This document shows, piece after piece, positions 26,446 to 40,153 of a DNA stretch of 64,000 bases. The stretch's first letter is position 1. Each line of letters begins with the position of its first letter. This DNA comes from Camelus ferus (Eukaryota): assembly GCF_009834535.1 (NCBI RefSeq), contig NC_045697.1, forward strand, positions 47,680,001 to 47,744,000, read 5' to 3'. The position numbers and the translations under genes are program-made. The notes beneath the pieces were generated by a model. The model worked only from the letters and a program-made list of their open reading frames with translations. It was not told the origin of the DNA and ran no database searches.

Positions 26446-26692
26446 GATGATGATGATGATGATGATGATAAAACAACAACTACTAATTACTGACATCGTA
26501 TTATGTTCCAGTCCTTTACATGTATGAGCACATTTAATCTCCATGGCAATTCTTTAAACCACTTGTCCCATTTTAGAGATGCTTCTTCACTTCCTTGAGA
26601 CAGAGAAATTCAGGAATTTGCCCAAGATCACACAAATATTAAGTGGAGGAGCCAGAATTTGAACCCAGGCAATCTGACTTCAAGAGCCCAGA
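26446..26692 (-). mobile_element. MIR SINE with (GAT)n at its tail
   Basis: CATTTAATCT...ATTTGCCCAAGATCACACA...GGAGCCAGAATTTGAACCCAGGCAATCTGACTTCAAGAGCCC. Confidence 0.85.
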
Positions 26693-27938
26693 CTAACTGC
26701 AGGGAGGGTGGGGTGGAAGAAGAGACAAAATAACCATAGTTAAGCAACAACCATGGTTATTGAGATAAAAACAATGAGTTGCTTGTAGAAGCAAAAAGAT
26801 GAGCAGAACTTTTGCAAAACTTCATCTAAAGCATCCGGCACATACTATCCCCAGAACCTCACCCACATTTCTGCTCTGCTTTGTCTCAGTCATCCCTCAC
26901 CCCACTCTTTGTTTTTCAAACCCCGTTTCATTGCAACAATTTTTGCTCATTTTTTACTTCAGTTTCAAAAGGCCTATGAACAACACCACCTGTGGAGTTC
27001 CATGATTTTCATTTAAACTCTACAGGGAAAAAAGTCTCCTTCAAATCCATAGAAAATGAATGATTCTGGAGTTTCCCAACTCTCTTATATGATAGAGAGA
27101 TCATTATTCCCAAATCTTCACATGCCTTTTTCTTCTCCTCTACCACTTTTGAGGAACAGAGAATGTATGAAATCTTGGAGTGAAAACAATATGCAATCAC
27201 CACTAGTAATACTGTAGAATAAATACATGCCCACAGACACCACTAAGATAAAGTTAGAGAAGCCAGTTCAAGGAGAAAAGAAAATCTCTAAATTTAGCTC
27301 AGGGTTTTAACTTTGAACACCAAGATGAAAGATGAATATAAAAGGTATAATAAGAGTATGTACTGATTATTCAAGTATATAATTATTTAATCATGTAAAG
27401 ACTTCTAACAAGGTTTTACATCAAAGACTAAGAACAAATTAGCAAGGGTCTAGAAAACTTTCATTATTCATTCCATAAAGTTTTTGAGGTGATACTATGT
27501 TCTAGAATAGATGCTTTACTGCCCTAGAAACTAAAAATACTATGATCAATAAAACATGATTGTTATAAATAAAGAACTGGCCTTGAGATTTAAAAAAATA
27601 ATAATAAATGAGCCTTCCCCTAGATGAAAATAACACACAGATCCCCAGGACCTGGTAATGTGAACAGTCTCCTTTCAACATTTTTAAATGTTACTTTAAC
27701 ATACTTTAACATGTTTATGATTTTTCTAATTCATCAGACCCTTGAGTAATAAGACGCCAGCCTAACAGAAGATCTCAGAAGCTAGGTGACAAGGCAGACA
27801 ATTGATAGATAAGAAACAATGGGGTGGGGAGGGACTGTCACTTCATGCATTTAAGAAAATTCAACCTAAATTATATGTGGAAGAAGATATGCGTTTAGAC
27901 CTACAAAAGCAATCAGGCAGTCGCCGTACACCACCCCT

Positions 27939-28358
27939 TGCATTGGTCTGCCAGAGCTGCCATAACAAAATACCACACACTGAGTGGCTTAAATAACAGA
28001 ACTTTATTTGTCACAGTTCTGGAGTCTGGCAAGTCCAAGATCAAGATTGCCCCCTGAGTTTCTGGGAAGTGCTCTCTTTCTGTCTTGCAGATGCTTGCCT
28101 TCTCACAAGGTGGTCACATTTCCTTTCTTCCCATGTGCACGGCCCCGGGGGGGGGGAGGCAGGGATCAGAGAGCAAGAGAAGCATTCTCTGGTGTCTCTT
28201 CCTCTTCTTCTAAGAGCACCAGTCCAATCAGATCAAAGCTACACTTGTGGCCTCATTTAACTTTAATTACTTCTGTAAAGGCCCTATCTCCAAATACAGT
28301 TACTTTGGGGGTTGGGCCTTCAACATATGAATTTGGGGAGACAATTCAGTCCATAGCA
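27939..28358 (-). mobile_element. MLT1A/B-like MaLR solo LTR
   Basis: GCTGCCATAACAAAATACCAC..ACTGAGTGGCTTAAATAACAGAA...AAGTCCAAGATCAAG...CAACATATGAATTTGGGG...ATTCAGTCCATAGCA. Confidence 0.9.
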
Positions 28359-28434
28359 CCCCTTAAAGATGTCAACCTAGGACACTGCTACAGACCAAAA
28401 GCACAAAAAAATTGCACGTATTTCTTCCACTATT

Positions 28435-29470
28435 AAAATAATACTTACTAAGTAATTACTCTGTGCCAGATACTATCTTATGCTGTGAATAGGAATGAAG
28501 GAAGGGTGAGAAGGAGAGGTTAAACAGCCTGCCTTCACAGCAGTGCATTCTACTAGATAGTGATAAACAATAAGTAACCAAACAACTAAATAAAGAATAA
28601 CCAGCAGCAGTGGGGATGACGGGGAAGGGAGTTGGGGGAGGTGACCCACTTAGACAGCATGAACAAGTGAAGTGAGGCTCAGTCATGTGAGGTTTCTGGG
28701 GACAGTGTTTCAAGGAGAAAGAATGGACAACGCAAAAGCTTGAGTTAGTAACAAGCTTGGCATATGTGCGGAAAGAAGCCACAGTGGCTGAACTGCAGAA
28801 GTCCCAAGGTGAACAGTGTGAAATGAGGTCTGAGAAGGAGGCAGGAAGATGTCGATCGTGGTGAAGGGTCTGCATTTAGACTAATTACAACAAAGAGGCA
28901 CTGGAGGGTGTTACACAGGGAGGGGGCCTGATCTGACTGCACTGCAGTCAGTTGGGGTTTTCTGTGGCCAGAAAAGGATATAGCCAGGCAACAGCAGAAA
29001 GGGAAGAAAACAGCTTAGAAGGCTAGTGCATCAGTCCAGCAAAAGAAGATGGAGGATTTTTTGGAGGAGGGTTGACATAATGGACTTAGAGTCTATTTTA
29101 GGGAGTAGAAGCATAAGACATGATCATGGATTGGACGTGGAGGGTAGAATTGTGAAAAATGCAGTATTTGTCTTAAGCCAAAAATTATATAAGTGGGAGG
29201 GGGATTGGAAGAAATAGATTGGCAGGGGGTTGTGGAATCAAGGGTTCTCTTTTGAACTTGTGAAGTCAGAGGATCCACTAGACATATAAATGGAGAAGTA
29301 ACATAGAGATGTTCCATCTGTGTCTGCACAGGAGGGATCAGGGATGGAGGAAGGCACTGGTGAGTCGGTATAGAGATGCCATATCTGAAGCCACAGGGCT
29401 GGATGAGAACCTAGGCAAAGCCCATCGATGAAGAGGCAGGTCTGTGACTACACTCGAGGCACACCGACTT
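28435..29470 (-). mobile_element. L2a LINE, ~1 kb 3' portion
   Basis: TACTCTGTGCCAGATACT...GAAGCCACAGTGGCTG...GAAATGAGGTCTGAGA...TGATCTGACT...TGAAGCCACAGGGCTGGATGAGA. Confidence 0.8.
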
Positions 29471-30274
29471 CCAGAGGACAAAGAGCCAGCAAAAGCACCC
29501 TTGCGGTGGTAAAAACCACATCCTTCCCTGCTCCTCACACCACGTTCTGAACCTGGACGACTGAGAGCACATTTCCAACCTCTGAACTCCAAGAACAATG
29601 TGAGAAGATTCAGGGGAGTGCAAGAAAAGTGATCAAGAGAGTGAAAGCCTGTCATGGGAATATTAAAGGAAACGATTAAGGCCATCCAATCTGACTGAAG
29701 GAAACCAAGAGGGATGCACTGACTTGCTCACCAGTTACTTCAGTTTTGAAAGATCAAACCTAAAGTCAATGAAAATGAAAATGTTGTCCACAATGTGCAT
29801 TTGAAGTAATCATGATATAATCATGCATATGGTCAGATAAATCAGAAGAGCTGACAGGTGAATATACCAGAAGTGGAAGCAGATGATGGATGTCCCAAGG
29901 CAAGCCCAAAGGACTTCCTGTCTTGGCAAGCCCTTAACTCTCTTTGGGCCTCACCTGCTATTTAGTGGTAATGCCACATGCCTCTTCACCTGGACGTTAC
30001 TAATTAGTTAACAGCCGGAATTAAAACCACATCAGTAGGGCATGCTCCTGGAGCTGTTTTCCACCTGTGATGGTGCTTTTATGACTGTCCGTTCATGCTG
30101 CTGCCTTTTTATGGCCACTTAAAGATGAGGGTGAGGCGGGGGGAGAATCAAGCCAACCATCCACACAAGGATGAAGTCATAACCATGGCATCAGTGACCC
30201 TTCATTGGAATAATGCAGAATATGCCACATCAGAGTTGACATGCCGTCTAGAAGTCCAAAGTGCAAAGCCCTTC

Positions 30275-30581
30275 TGTGATGGTCAGTTTTATGCGGCAAC
30301 TTGGCTAGGTTGTAGTCCCCAGTTATTTAGTCAACCAGTTATCTAGGTGTCACTGTGAAGCTATTTTGTACAGATAATTATCTACAATCAGTTGACTCGA
30401 AGCGAAGGAGATTACACTCAATAATCTGCGTGCCCCTGATTCAAACAGTTGAAAGGCCTTAAGAGAAAAGCTGAGGTTTCCTTGAGGAAGAAATTCCATG
30501 GTGGCCTGCAGAGTCCAGTGGCCTATCTAGATCACAAAATATGTACAAGCCAATTCCTTGCATAAACAAATAGATAAATAA

Positions 30582-30619
<38 letters not shown>

Positions 30620-30662
30620 CGTTCTGCTTGTTCTGTTTTTCTGGTGGAACTCTGACTTACAT
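30275..30662 (+). mobile_element. MLT2-family ERVL solo LTR with (TG)n at 30584-30618
   Basis: TGTGATGGTCAGTTTTATG...AACTTGGCTAGG...CAATCAGTTGACT...GTTGAAAGGCCTTAAGAG...TCTGGTGGAACTCTGACT. Confidence 0.9.
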
Positions 30663-31554
30663 ACCTGCCTCTTCTGCACAGAGAAAGAAATCAAGCTGAT
30701 GTAAATGCACATCACTGCAGCTGAAGAGTATCTGTTTCCATAGAAGGGAAGTAGGGAAAGTTGCTCCCCTCTCATCAGGAGGCAAAGAGCAACCAACAGC
30801 AGAGCTATTGACAGGTGATGAAGACCCTAGTCAGAAAACTCCCACCTCTCATTAATCATATGCTCCATGTACTTGGCAAATCTAAAATTTAGTACCAGTT
30901 TCTTACGGTCTTATTTACCTGTACAGCCAAAAGCACTCCCCTCTCCAACCCCCGTTAAATCCAATGTATAAAAACAGGAATAAAATCTAATGCTGATGTG
31001 GCCTTTAAACCTTAGTTTAGTTCCATGAGTTCAGTCAGTCCCTTGAGCTTTCTCCCAGAAATGCCTGGGCAGAGGGCAAATATCTGGGGCTGCTATGGAG
31101 ACAAAATTTGGTGGAGCAATTCCTTCTCCAAAGAGCAAATATCAGCTAGCTTGGTTTTCTGCCTGTCACCCCTCCTCACCTCTATGAATCATCTCCCCTC
31201 CCAAGGGAAGGGCAGGTGTGAAGGTAACATCATCCCCTAGCTGCCCAGGTGATCCGGATCCAAGATTAGGAGCTCCCTCCCCTCTCACCACTCCACCTAT
31301 GTCCCTTCTTAAACATTATGCTCGATTAAAGGATTCATTTTTCTAGTAAAGGAACACAGCGAGGAACATATAAGTAGTCTTGCAGCTCTGTTTGGACCTC
31401 CGACATCAAAACGCTGGACTCAAGAATGTGTGCCTCCCAGCTCTCCTCTTCATCTTTCATATATATAATTGACCAGTTTCTCTTTAAATGCACCAACATC
31501 TTCATTTGTGCTCAAAATATTTATTGGGCACTTTGGAAGAAACAAAAGTAAATC

Positions 31555-31722
31555 CATAGCATAGGGAACTATATTCAATATCTTGTAGTAACTTACAGTG
31601 AAAAAGAATATGAAAAAAAAATATGTATGTTCATGTACGACTGAACTATTATGCTGTACACCAGAAACTGACACAACATTGTAAACTGACTATATGCTTC
31701 AATAAAAAAATATATAAACAAA
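31555..31722 (+). mobile_element. Young, severely 5'-truncated LINE-1 3' end (camelid-type) with 11-bp TSD
   Basis: ATAGCATAGGGAACTATATTCAATATCTTGTA...GACACAACATTGTAAACTGACTATA...AATAAAAAAA. TSD AAAAGTAAATC at 31544-31554 and 31723-31733. Confidence 0.92.
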
Positions 31723-33814
31723 AAAAGTAAATCAGACCAGATATTAGGCTCAAGGATTTGGAGAGAAGCCAAGTACATATATTACTGTAATACAAGTAAG
31801 CATAAAATATACAAATAAAGATTCTGCAGGAGTTTAGACATATTTAGAAGCGGGGAGGGGTGACAGGATAAAAAGAAGGAGAAAACAGAAAAGTGATGGC
31901 ATGATATACTGCGAGCTTTTACTCATGGAAGACAGCCACCAAACTAAGATCTCCTTGCTATTTTTATATTTAGTTGCCACCAGAAAAGTAATTAATCAGA
32001 ACACAATTTTGAGATAGTCTATAGGGAAATCACCAAAGAATAGGACTGCAACACTGTTTGTATAGTCATTTGAGTCACTTTGCATATTGCTGCTCTGGTC
32101 TGGCTGACAAACTCGAGATGATAAAAAAATGCTAAGTTTGTCTTTAAAAACTACATCTATATAAAGAGACAGGGCAATAGCCCACGTAGGTCCTGACCCA
32201 GCATATGCGAATAAGGCTCATGGATTCAGACTTAGTACACTGGCTCCAAATTAATATAGACTTCCACATAGTTCACAAGTGACAAGTTTTATGATAAATA
32301 GAGTACTTCAATAAAAATGCTATTAAATATATGTGAAGCCTTGAACAGATGGCATTTATAATAGATATCCCTGATAACTGATCACCATTTAGTAGTCTCT
32401 GCCCAGGCTCACATCAAGGTTTCATGATTATAAAAGGTGGAAAAAAACTGAGCAAGACCTTAATTTCCCAAACAGTCTGTCAAACAGCTGTTTCTCACTG
32501 CTCTATAAAATCAGCCATTCATCACAACTGTTTTTTAGGAGAGGTAAAATAAAATGTGTATTTGAATCTTGTGCAAGTTGAATGAGAGGTTACTAATTTC
32601 CTGACCTATTTATTTTTAAAACCCCCAACTTTCCAATGTTACTGAAGAGCTATATGTCTTACACAGATCATCTTTCCCATGCACAGCTGTAGAATGTTTA
32701 ACTTTGGGGTTAAGACCCTTTTGGAGTCATGAGGCTCAAGAAAGCAACTAGGATCAGCAGGTTAATAGGATAGGGTCAGAAAAGGGGACAGCCTCAAAGG
32801 GAACCATGCAAATATTTTGAACAGAAAATTCTAAATAAGGAGTTGACTTGAGATGTGGGTCATCAGGACAGAGCAAGGGAATCTGAGAATGAAGACATGG
32901 AAATAAACAGATAAGAGTCTAAAATCAAGTGTGGACGGTTTTCAAGAAGTGGGCAAATTATACTTATTTATTATTAGCCTAGGTTTCAGAGATTTTGCTT
33001 GTCCTGATCTGCTTTCAATGTAGGTATATTTAAATGCTAACTAAACTTATGCATGTTCTAAAATTAGGACTGTATGACAATCAACCAGTCAGCAATGCAA
33101 GGCACCTGGTCACAACTTGTTGGGGCACATTTTCTAACAATCAAGAAAAGCAAATAACTTTATTGGACTAAAACACACACACACACACACACTCATACAA
33201 ACCTCCTCTAAAACTAATACCCTGAGGTTAAAAACAAAGACCTCTGAAGTGGGAAAAAAAAAAAACCCAGAAACCTAGAGACTCAAGCACCACCTGCAAG
33301 TTTATTCAAAAAGGCTAGCAACCAACTTGCAATCTATAAACCCTGGCACAAATACATCCCATCTAGATTCTGTAAGACAATAATCTTGATAAATCAAGTT
33401 TACTTTAACAAAGCTCAAGCCAATAAAAGAGCTACATACTATAAACCACTTCAATCGGTTGACCGTGCTTCACTTTACCAGCACTCTGCTAAATGACACT
33501 CACTGACACAGCCCCTAACATAGCCTACACAAGATCCACCAGGAGCTCTGCAAATAATTGTTGATCAACTGATGGGTTATGTTAACTCTGTAAGTATTGG
33601 CCTGGTCGTCACATGTTGAAAAATGATCATTCTTCTAGAGGCAACATGGTAGGCAATCCTGGGATTGAATACCAGGGCACCATTTACCAACTGCATGATC
33701 CAAGATAAATTACTTGACCTGTGTTTGCTAAAAAATGAAGATGTCATGTTTATTTTTAATATCAACTCAGTGAGGCTAAACTATGAGGATGGAAGGGAAG
33801 GCAAAGCCATTTGT

Positions 33815-34254
33815 AGCACACACAGACTTTGTCCTGGTTACTTGATCAAACATTAATCTAGGTGTTGCTGTGAGGGGATTTTGCAGATGTAATTAAAGTC
33901 CCTAATCAGTTGACTTTGAGCTAGAGACATCATCTTCAGTGGGCCTGGCCTAATCAGGTGAGCCTTTAAAAGGGACTGGGCTCTTCCTGGTCAATGAGAC
34001 ACCAAACAGCAGCTGAGTCTACAACTGATCTCACCTTCTCTGAATTTTCTCTTCTTGACTGCCTGCAGATAATAGCTTCAGCCTATGCCCAGGGTTTCCA
34101 GACTGCCCTTGATCTTCCTTTCCTAGCTGCCTGTTTTATGGATACAGACTTTCTTAGCCAGCCCCCACATTCATGCAGGCCAATTCATTGTAATAAATCT
34201 CTTAATTTTATTCTCCTATTGGTTGTGTTTTCTCCAGTGAATGCTGACTGATAT
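33815..34254 (+). mobile_element. MLT2-family ERVL solo LTR
   Basis: TCAAACATTAATCTAGGTGTTGCTGTGA...GCAGATGTAATTAAAGTC..TAATCAGTTGACTTTGAG...AATAAATCTC...CCTATTGGTTG...CTGACTGATA. Confidence 0.85.
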
Positions 34255-34325
34255 GGGGGTTAACTATACGAATTCCACAGGCTTATTATTAGGATTAAAT
34301 GTGATAGTTTAAAAAGTGCCTAGAG

Positions 34326-34478
34326 CAGACCCTCTTAAACTCTACTGTGAGTACAAATCACCTGGGATTCAGATTTCAAGGCAGCAGGTCTGAGGTGGGG
34401 CCCAAGGGCCTGCATTCCTAACATGCTCCCAGTGGATGCTAACACTACTGGTCAATGGACACAGTCTGACTAGCAAGA
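34326..34478. mobile_element. MER5A inserted in a MIR tail
   Basis: AAATCACCTGGGA...GCAGGTCTGAGGTGGGGCCCAAG..CTGCATTCCTAACATGCTCCCAG. MIR-like GGATTAAATGTGATA lies upstream and a MIR tail downstream. Confidence 0.8.
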
Positions 34479-35269
34479 GCCATCCTAGAACATAATACGC
34501 ATTATATAAATGCTAGCTTGCTTTCCCCACATGACCTCTTTGCTCTCATAATTTTCATATTTCTGTTGGTTTGTTTCTACTTTTTAATTAATTAATGCAT
34601 TTGAAATAGATAATGCACTGACCACTTTCTAGAGCTCTGAATGGTTATAATATATAAATATAAACATAAACATAATATATAAATATATTTTAAATATAAT
34701 ATAAAAAGCCATAAGGAGAGTAAAAACAGACCCCAAAAAAGATAGCAAATACTAAATAATGCCCTCCTGTAGCTCATGCACAAAACTAGAGACTACACAC
34801 AGAAGCCTCCACTGTTATAACCCAATTGCTAGAAGACACACTTTAACACCAAAACTAAAGACATCATTTGAACAGTAGAGCAAGGCATGGCCACTATTTA
34901 TAGGGTCCAAAACAGAATGTAGTCAAACACTAACAGAGAAACAATGCAATATGCTCTCTGGGAATGTTCAGTGAGCACATTCCTCACTGGTCTTGCTGGA
35001 AAGTGGACCACCACTATCTCAGTGTGGTCTGGTTTCAGGGGAAGCCAAAGCAACTCCTGTGCAGACACCAATACTTCCCTCTCTCCCCTTATCTGGTGAC
35101 TGTTAATATTCTATGATAACATCTACCTTCTTATGGTTTAAGGCTTTGCTCCCTTGGGAATAAAAATACCCTTGGGGAAAACGAGAGTTGTGACCTTCAG
35201 AAACTGTGAGGTCTGTGTCCACATCCACACCCACCATTCAATCCGCTGCTCTCATCAGCCCAGGGAACA

Positions 35270-36270
35270 GCACCTACTGAAGAAGTCAATGGCCTCCCTA
35301 TGCCAAACCTAGTGACGGTGTAAGTCCGATTCTGGCTTGACCCCTCTGCCACACTGGACATCATCAACCCCTGTCTTCACCTCTGTGACATCTGCACCAT
35401 TACTCTCTCCTGGTTGCCCTCCTATGTCTCCAGTGGCTCTAAGTCTCCTTTTGCAGCCCCTCCTCTCCTCCTGTGCACCTATTCCAGGCTGAGCCCCTGT
35501 TTTTTCCTTCCCTCTCCCATCCATTCCTAAGGTCTTAATTGCTGCTGGTGATTCCCAAGTCACCTCCTTGCTGAGCTCCAGACCCACGTAGTTCTCTGCC
35601 TCCTGGGCATCTTAATTTAGATGTCCACAAGTCCCTCAGCTCAAAGTGACCCAAATCAAATTTATTGTCACTCTCTCAACCTGCTTTCCTCATGCCTTCT
35701 GTTTAGCTGAACAGCATCACCAACCACTCAGGGAAAAAACAGTTGGAGACCCGGGAGGGAATCCACTCTTTTTCTTTGCCTGGTTACCTCTTACTCATCT
35801 TCCAAGATCCAGATGCTGCCTTTTATGAACCCTTCTTTAATTTGCCCCCTCTGGGTAAACCTCTATCCTGTGTGCTCCCTACATAGACCTCCACGGCGGC
35901 ACTTGTCACATAGTACTAGAATTGGAAAAGCAACAACTTGGTTGCCCCTGTTACGTATTCTCACGGTGCCCTGAGCTTTTACTTCACAGCACTTCTTATG
36001 AATACAATTCTGTGATTGTTTGTACTATTATTAAATGTCTGTTTCCCCCACCAAGCTAAATATTTCATAACATTAGGAAATATCTATCTTGTTCCACACA
36101 CTCACCAGCACACCCAGTGCCAGAGACACTGTAAATGCTCAAGTACCTTGTATCTCCTCCACTAGATGAGGAACCGTTTAAGAATAGAAATTGACTTTTA
36201 TTTCTATATTTCTAGTGCTTAGCACATAGTAAGCACTTGATTAATGTTGGTTGGTTAAATAAGTTAATAT
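35270..36270 (+). mobile_element. L2 LINE fragments (cluster)
   Basis: AAGTCAATGGC...CTCCTGGTTG...TGAGCTCCAGACCCAC...AGATGTCCACAAG..CTCAGCTCAA and tail GTGCTTAGCACATAGTAAGCACTTGATTAATGTTGGTTG. Confidence 0.75.
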
Positions 36271-37405
36271 AAATACAGCTGTATCACCAGTAGTCAAAGA
36301 GCAAGCTTCATAGACACAAGATTGTTTGTTAATCAAATCTTTTGAGCCACATCTATCTATGGGTCCCCACTGCCACAGCATCCTTGCCCCAGACCCCTAG
36401 CCCCCAGCCCCCATGCCTCCTTGGGGCAGCCACTATTTACCAAGACATCAGAGATGACAGTTATTTCCATTCGTCTCATAAGTGGCTGCCAGTTAGGCAC
36501 CTTGACTGCCTACAGACATACAAAAGGTGTCTCTTAGTAGTATTAGGATTTATTCTATCTTCAGAGATAAAAGCTAGTTCTCTGAGAGAAGTTATTTGGA
36601 CTAAATGAATATCTGGACTCTCTCCTGTATTTCCCTTCTCTGGATTTCTGTACACGTAACATGTTCAAAGTTTATAGAGATGTCATTTTAAATCTTTTTC
36701 TGGAGCAGGGAAAGAATCACTTTTCAAAGCTGCACATTATAAACAGTTTTATGCAACTAAGGTTTTTAATGAAACACTTTCCGCTCATTCGGGGAATTCC
36801 ACTTTCTTTCATCCGAAGCCTGAGGAGACTGTGAGCAATGTCTCGGCATAACACGCCTCTCTACCTGCTGGCACTTGATATTAAAAAGAAGAGGCCACCA
36901 CAGGTGCTTTCTCTGCAGAGAGCCAGATGTCAAAAAAAGGCTCCAAGGCAGAAAGAATGAGAGGAATGTAAATGACCCAAAAGGGAACCCACCTTGATGA
37001 TACACTTTCAGACAGTGAGAACAACGGTATTTTCTCAATCCAGCTCCATGTCCTCGTTCTAAGTTACATTCTCAAGTTTTCTTTTGCTATTGTCACAGCT
37101 GGAAAGCCAGAACAAGAATAAAAAAAGAACATGGCACCATTCTCTGCATTTCTATACAATTTACAAGTAAATGATCGGCCCCATTTGGTAGATGGGAAAA
37201 GTGAGGTATTGGAAAGTGTCTTGAAGATCAAATCCTGGGCAATTCCTCGGGAAATGTGCAGGCTAGGCGGCAAGCTCCACCCCCTCAAACATTCAGCAGC
37301 GGCAGTGGGGAGGGGATGGGAACTACCTGTGAGCGAGTGCCTCCTGTGTAGCACACCCGTGTAGGTGCTCCACATAGAGTACCCTTTTAAACCCCCAAAT
37401 AATCC

Positions 37406-37844
37406 GGTAGTGGGCTGAATAGTGTCCCCTCCTCCAAATTCATGTGGACCTGGAACCTCAGAATGGGGCCTCATTTGGAAACAGGGTCTTGGCAGATATA
37501 ATTTATTACATTAAAATGAGGTAAAATGAGGGTAGACTCTAAATCCAATGACTGGCATTCTCATAAGAAGAGGTGAGGACACACAGACACACAGAGAGAA
37601 GACAGCCATGGGAAGACAGAGGCGGAGATTAAAGTGATGCTGCCACAAGCCAAGGAATGTCTGGAGCCACCACAGGCTGTAAGAGGCAATAAAGGTTCCC
37701 TCTAGAGCCTTCAGAGGGAGGCTGGCGCTGCCAATACCTGAATTTCAGACTTCTGGCCTCCAGCACTGTGAGAGAATAAATTTCTGCTGTTTTAAGCCAC
37801 CCATTTGTGGAAATTTTGTATGGTAGCCCTAGGAAACTAACACA
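37406..37844 (+). mobile_element. MLT1C-like MaLR solo LTR with intact 5-bp TSD
   Basis: GTAGTGGGCTGAATAGTGTCCCC...AAGCCAAGGAATG...GAGAATAAATTTCTGCTGTTTTAAGCCAC...GGAAACTAACACA. TSD AATCC at 37401-37405 and 37845-37849. Confidence 0.92.
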
Positions 37845-38369
37845 AATCCTCAAAAGGAGGCGTCATCATTGTCATTTTACTGAGGATCAAGGACACTGGA
37901 TAACTTTTACACAGGAAGCAACAAGCCAGGTTCAGTCCAATACCCATCTACATGGGGGGAAGGGTGGAAAGGTCAGGGGGACACCCCAAAGGAAGAAGGT
38001 GTGAGGGATGGAGAGGAGGCTGAATTTCTTAGCCTTTAGTGATAATGGACTAAGAGTTGAGAGGTGCTTGAAACATGATCTCAAGCGTAGTTGGAAGATG
38101 CTCTTCCCATAAGAGCCGCCCCTGAAGCACACAGCCCAGAAGTCATGATTCAGGACCCAGAAGCTCCCAAGTGATCCCACCTATGGACAGTTGATTGTTT
38201 TTGCTTTAATAAAAGGACACTTTAAAACTAAACAGGTATAGCAAGAGAATACTAAGCATCAACCGGTATCCCCAACCACCTGTTGGCTCTTATTTCTAGT
38301 GGCTCATGCTCTGCCATGGCCATACTCAGCTTTTAAGGTTGCACTATGGGCCATTGACAATGTTTATTT

Positions 38370-38620
38370 CTTCCTCTTATAAACTTTAAAGTATTTCAAA
38401 TATGCTGAAAAGTATGCAGAATAACACAGATACCCACGTACCAACATGGGTAGCTTCAACAGTCTTTCATATTTGGGCACATTTATTTCAGTCTCTCAAT
38501 TTTTATTTTAAACCACGTCCCTTATTTTGATGAATATTAAAAATATTAACATCATTCTTTGTCTCCCTCTCTCCCCTTTGAGGTTCTAATCTACTCCCAC
38601 TATGGAGGTGTGTAACCTCC
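38370..38620 (-). mobile_element. Old L1M 3' fragment
   Basis: TATTTCAAATATGCTGAAAAGTATGCAGAATAA...ACCCACGTACC is an antisense L1MC/ME 3' pattern. Confidence 0.5.
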
Positions 38621-38649
38621 TGACTGACAACTGTTGGAACAGACATAAT

Positions 38650-39380
38650 GAACCTTGGTTTCAGCAAAGCATGACAAAGGTCCCCCATGATGTTTTGATG
38701 GGTAGATAAGATGACCAGAACTAAGAGTAGGTTGAATGATGGTAACCACTGATGTGAGTTAATTGATTGGTCTCAATCTGGACAAGGCTTCTTACTGATA
38801 TACTGAAGGGCCCTTCCCTGGTTCCTGTCCTATTTAACATTTTAACCCACAATTTGGATGTAGTCTTAGAAGTATGGCAGTTCAACCTCTACTCAACACA
38901 TTTCATTCTGTCTTGTATTTGGTAAGTGTTTAAATTCCTCTTCCCCACTACATTGTAAGCTTAGTAGGTGTACCCTCTTAGATCCTGGACCAAGGACCTT
39001 GCATGTAGCCGGGGGTTCAACAGATGTTTGTTGAATTAAATAGCATTATATAAGGACAGGTTGCAGAAACTGGAAAGTGTAGCCTGGAAGTGAGAAGGTA
39101 TTAGGAGAACTGATGGCTGTCTTCACACATTTGAAGGATGATACAATTTAAGCTATGTAGCTCTGAGGGGAAACATTGGAACAACTGGTGAAAGGAAACT
39201 GTGAGTTGGTTTCTGGCCAGTATAAGGAAGCTCTTTCTAACAATTACATCTGTTGGCAAAGGGAATGGGCTAAGTTTCAAGTCCTCCCAGTGATGATTAC
39301 AGAGGGCACTTTAGAAAGACTCCTGCTCTGAGAAGAACATAAATTGGGTACACTCCTCTAAGTCCAAGATTTTATGATAT
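38650..39380 (+). mobile_element. L3/CR1 LINE remnant (RT region and 3' end) interrupted by an L2 tail at ~38900-39040
   Basis: TTTCAGCAAAGCATGACAAAGGT...CCTGGTTCCTGTCCTATTTAACATTTT...TAGCCTGGAAG.GAGAAGG...CTGTCTTCACACATTTGAAGG...AAGGAAGCTCTTTCTAACAATT...AAGATTTTATGAT. Confidence 0.75.
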
Positions 39381-39739
39381 TCCAGGCTTCCTAATTTTCA
39401 GTCCTTTTTCTTAAATTACCAATTTTCATAAACATTGATTAATAAGTAATGAAATCTCACAATAAGAAGATACCTGCAGAAGAAAAATTACTTTGTTTCT
39501 GAACTAGGGTAAAACTGAACTATAGTTATTACCCTTAACATGGTTGGAGTCAACATAAAAATTCCCTGGGTGGCCAATGAAACATTTGACTTTCAATTCA
39601 CTAATATCTGAGTGGCTGAAGTCTTGATCTTATTGATTCGCAAAATGACACCCACCAAGAGACAGTAAGCTAGCATCTCTCAGGGGTGTAATTAAGCGGC
39701 ATGCTTGAGAGGCCATGTGCCGGGTGACTTCCATTTACC

Positions 39740-40153
39740 CCCTCTCTCAGCCACAGCGGGTGGCCTGTCTGAGAGAGGGCTTCCAGTAGGATTTGGCTGA
39801 AAGTGAGGCCCAGCAGAAGATCAGAAGGGTGAAGAATGAGGTTATTTATTCCCCTGCCTCCTTCCCTGAGCATCAATATGTGTCCACATCACTCATTTGA
39901 AGAACACAGTTTCTCTAAGGCAACCCTCTCCACCAGCCAGCTCTGCCTCTGGTTCTAATCACGGCTCCCTCCTCTGGCCCTTTCAGAGGATTAATATTGG
40001 CTCTCTGCTCTAACTAGCTCTGGGGCACTGCACCATCCTTGGGGTTTCCTTAAACCACATTCAAGTCTCATCTTTGAAAAAGAGTCCCTTCATCTCTCCT
40101 CAGAATACCTAATTTAAGTGCAGTCTGTTTCCTGCAAAAGCCCTGACTGACAC
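39740..40153 (+). mobile_element. LTR33-like ERVL solo LTR
   Basis: CTTCCAGTAGGATTTGGCTG...CAGCAGAAGATCAGAAGG...TCTGTTTCCTGCAAAAGCCCTGACTGACACA. Confidence 0.65.

Noticed and set aside
34640..34705. AT-rich quasi-repeat
   Set aside because: Ordinary low-complexity sequence.
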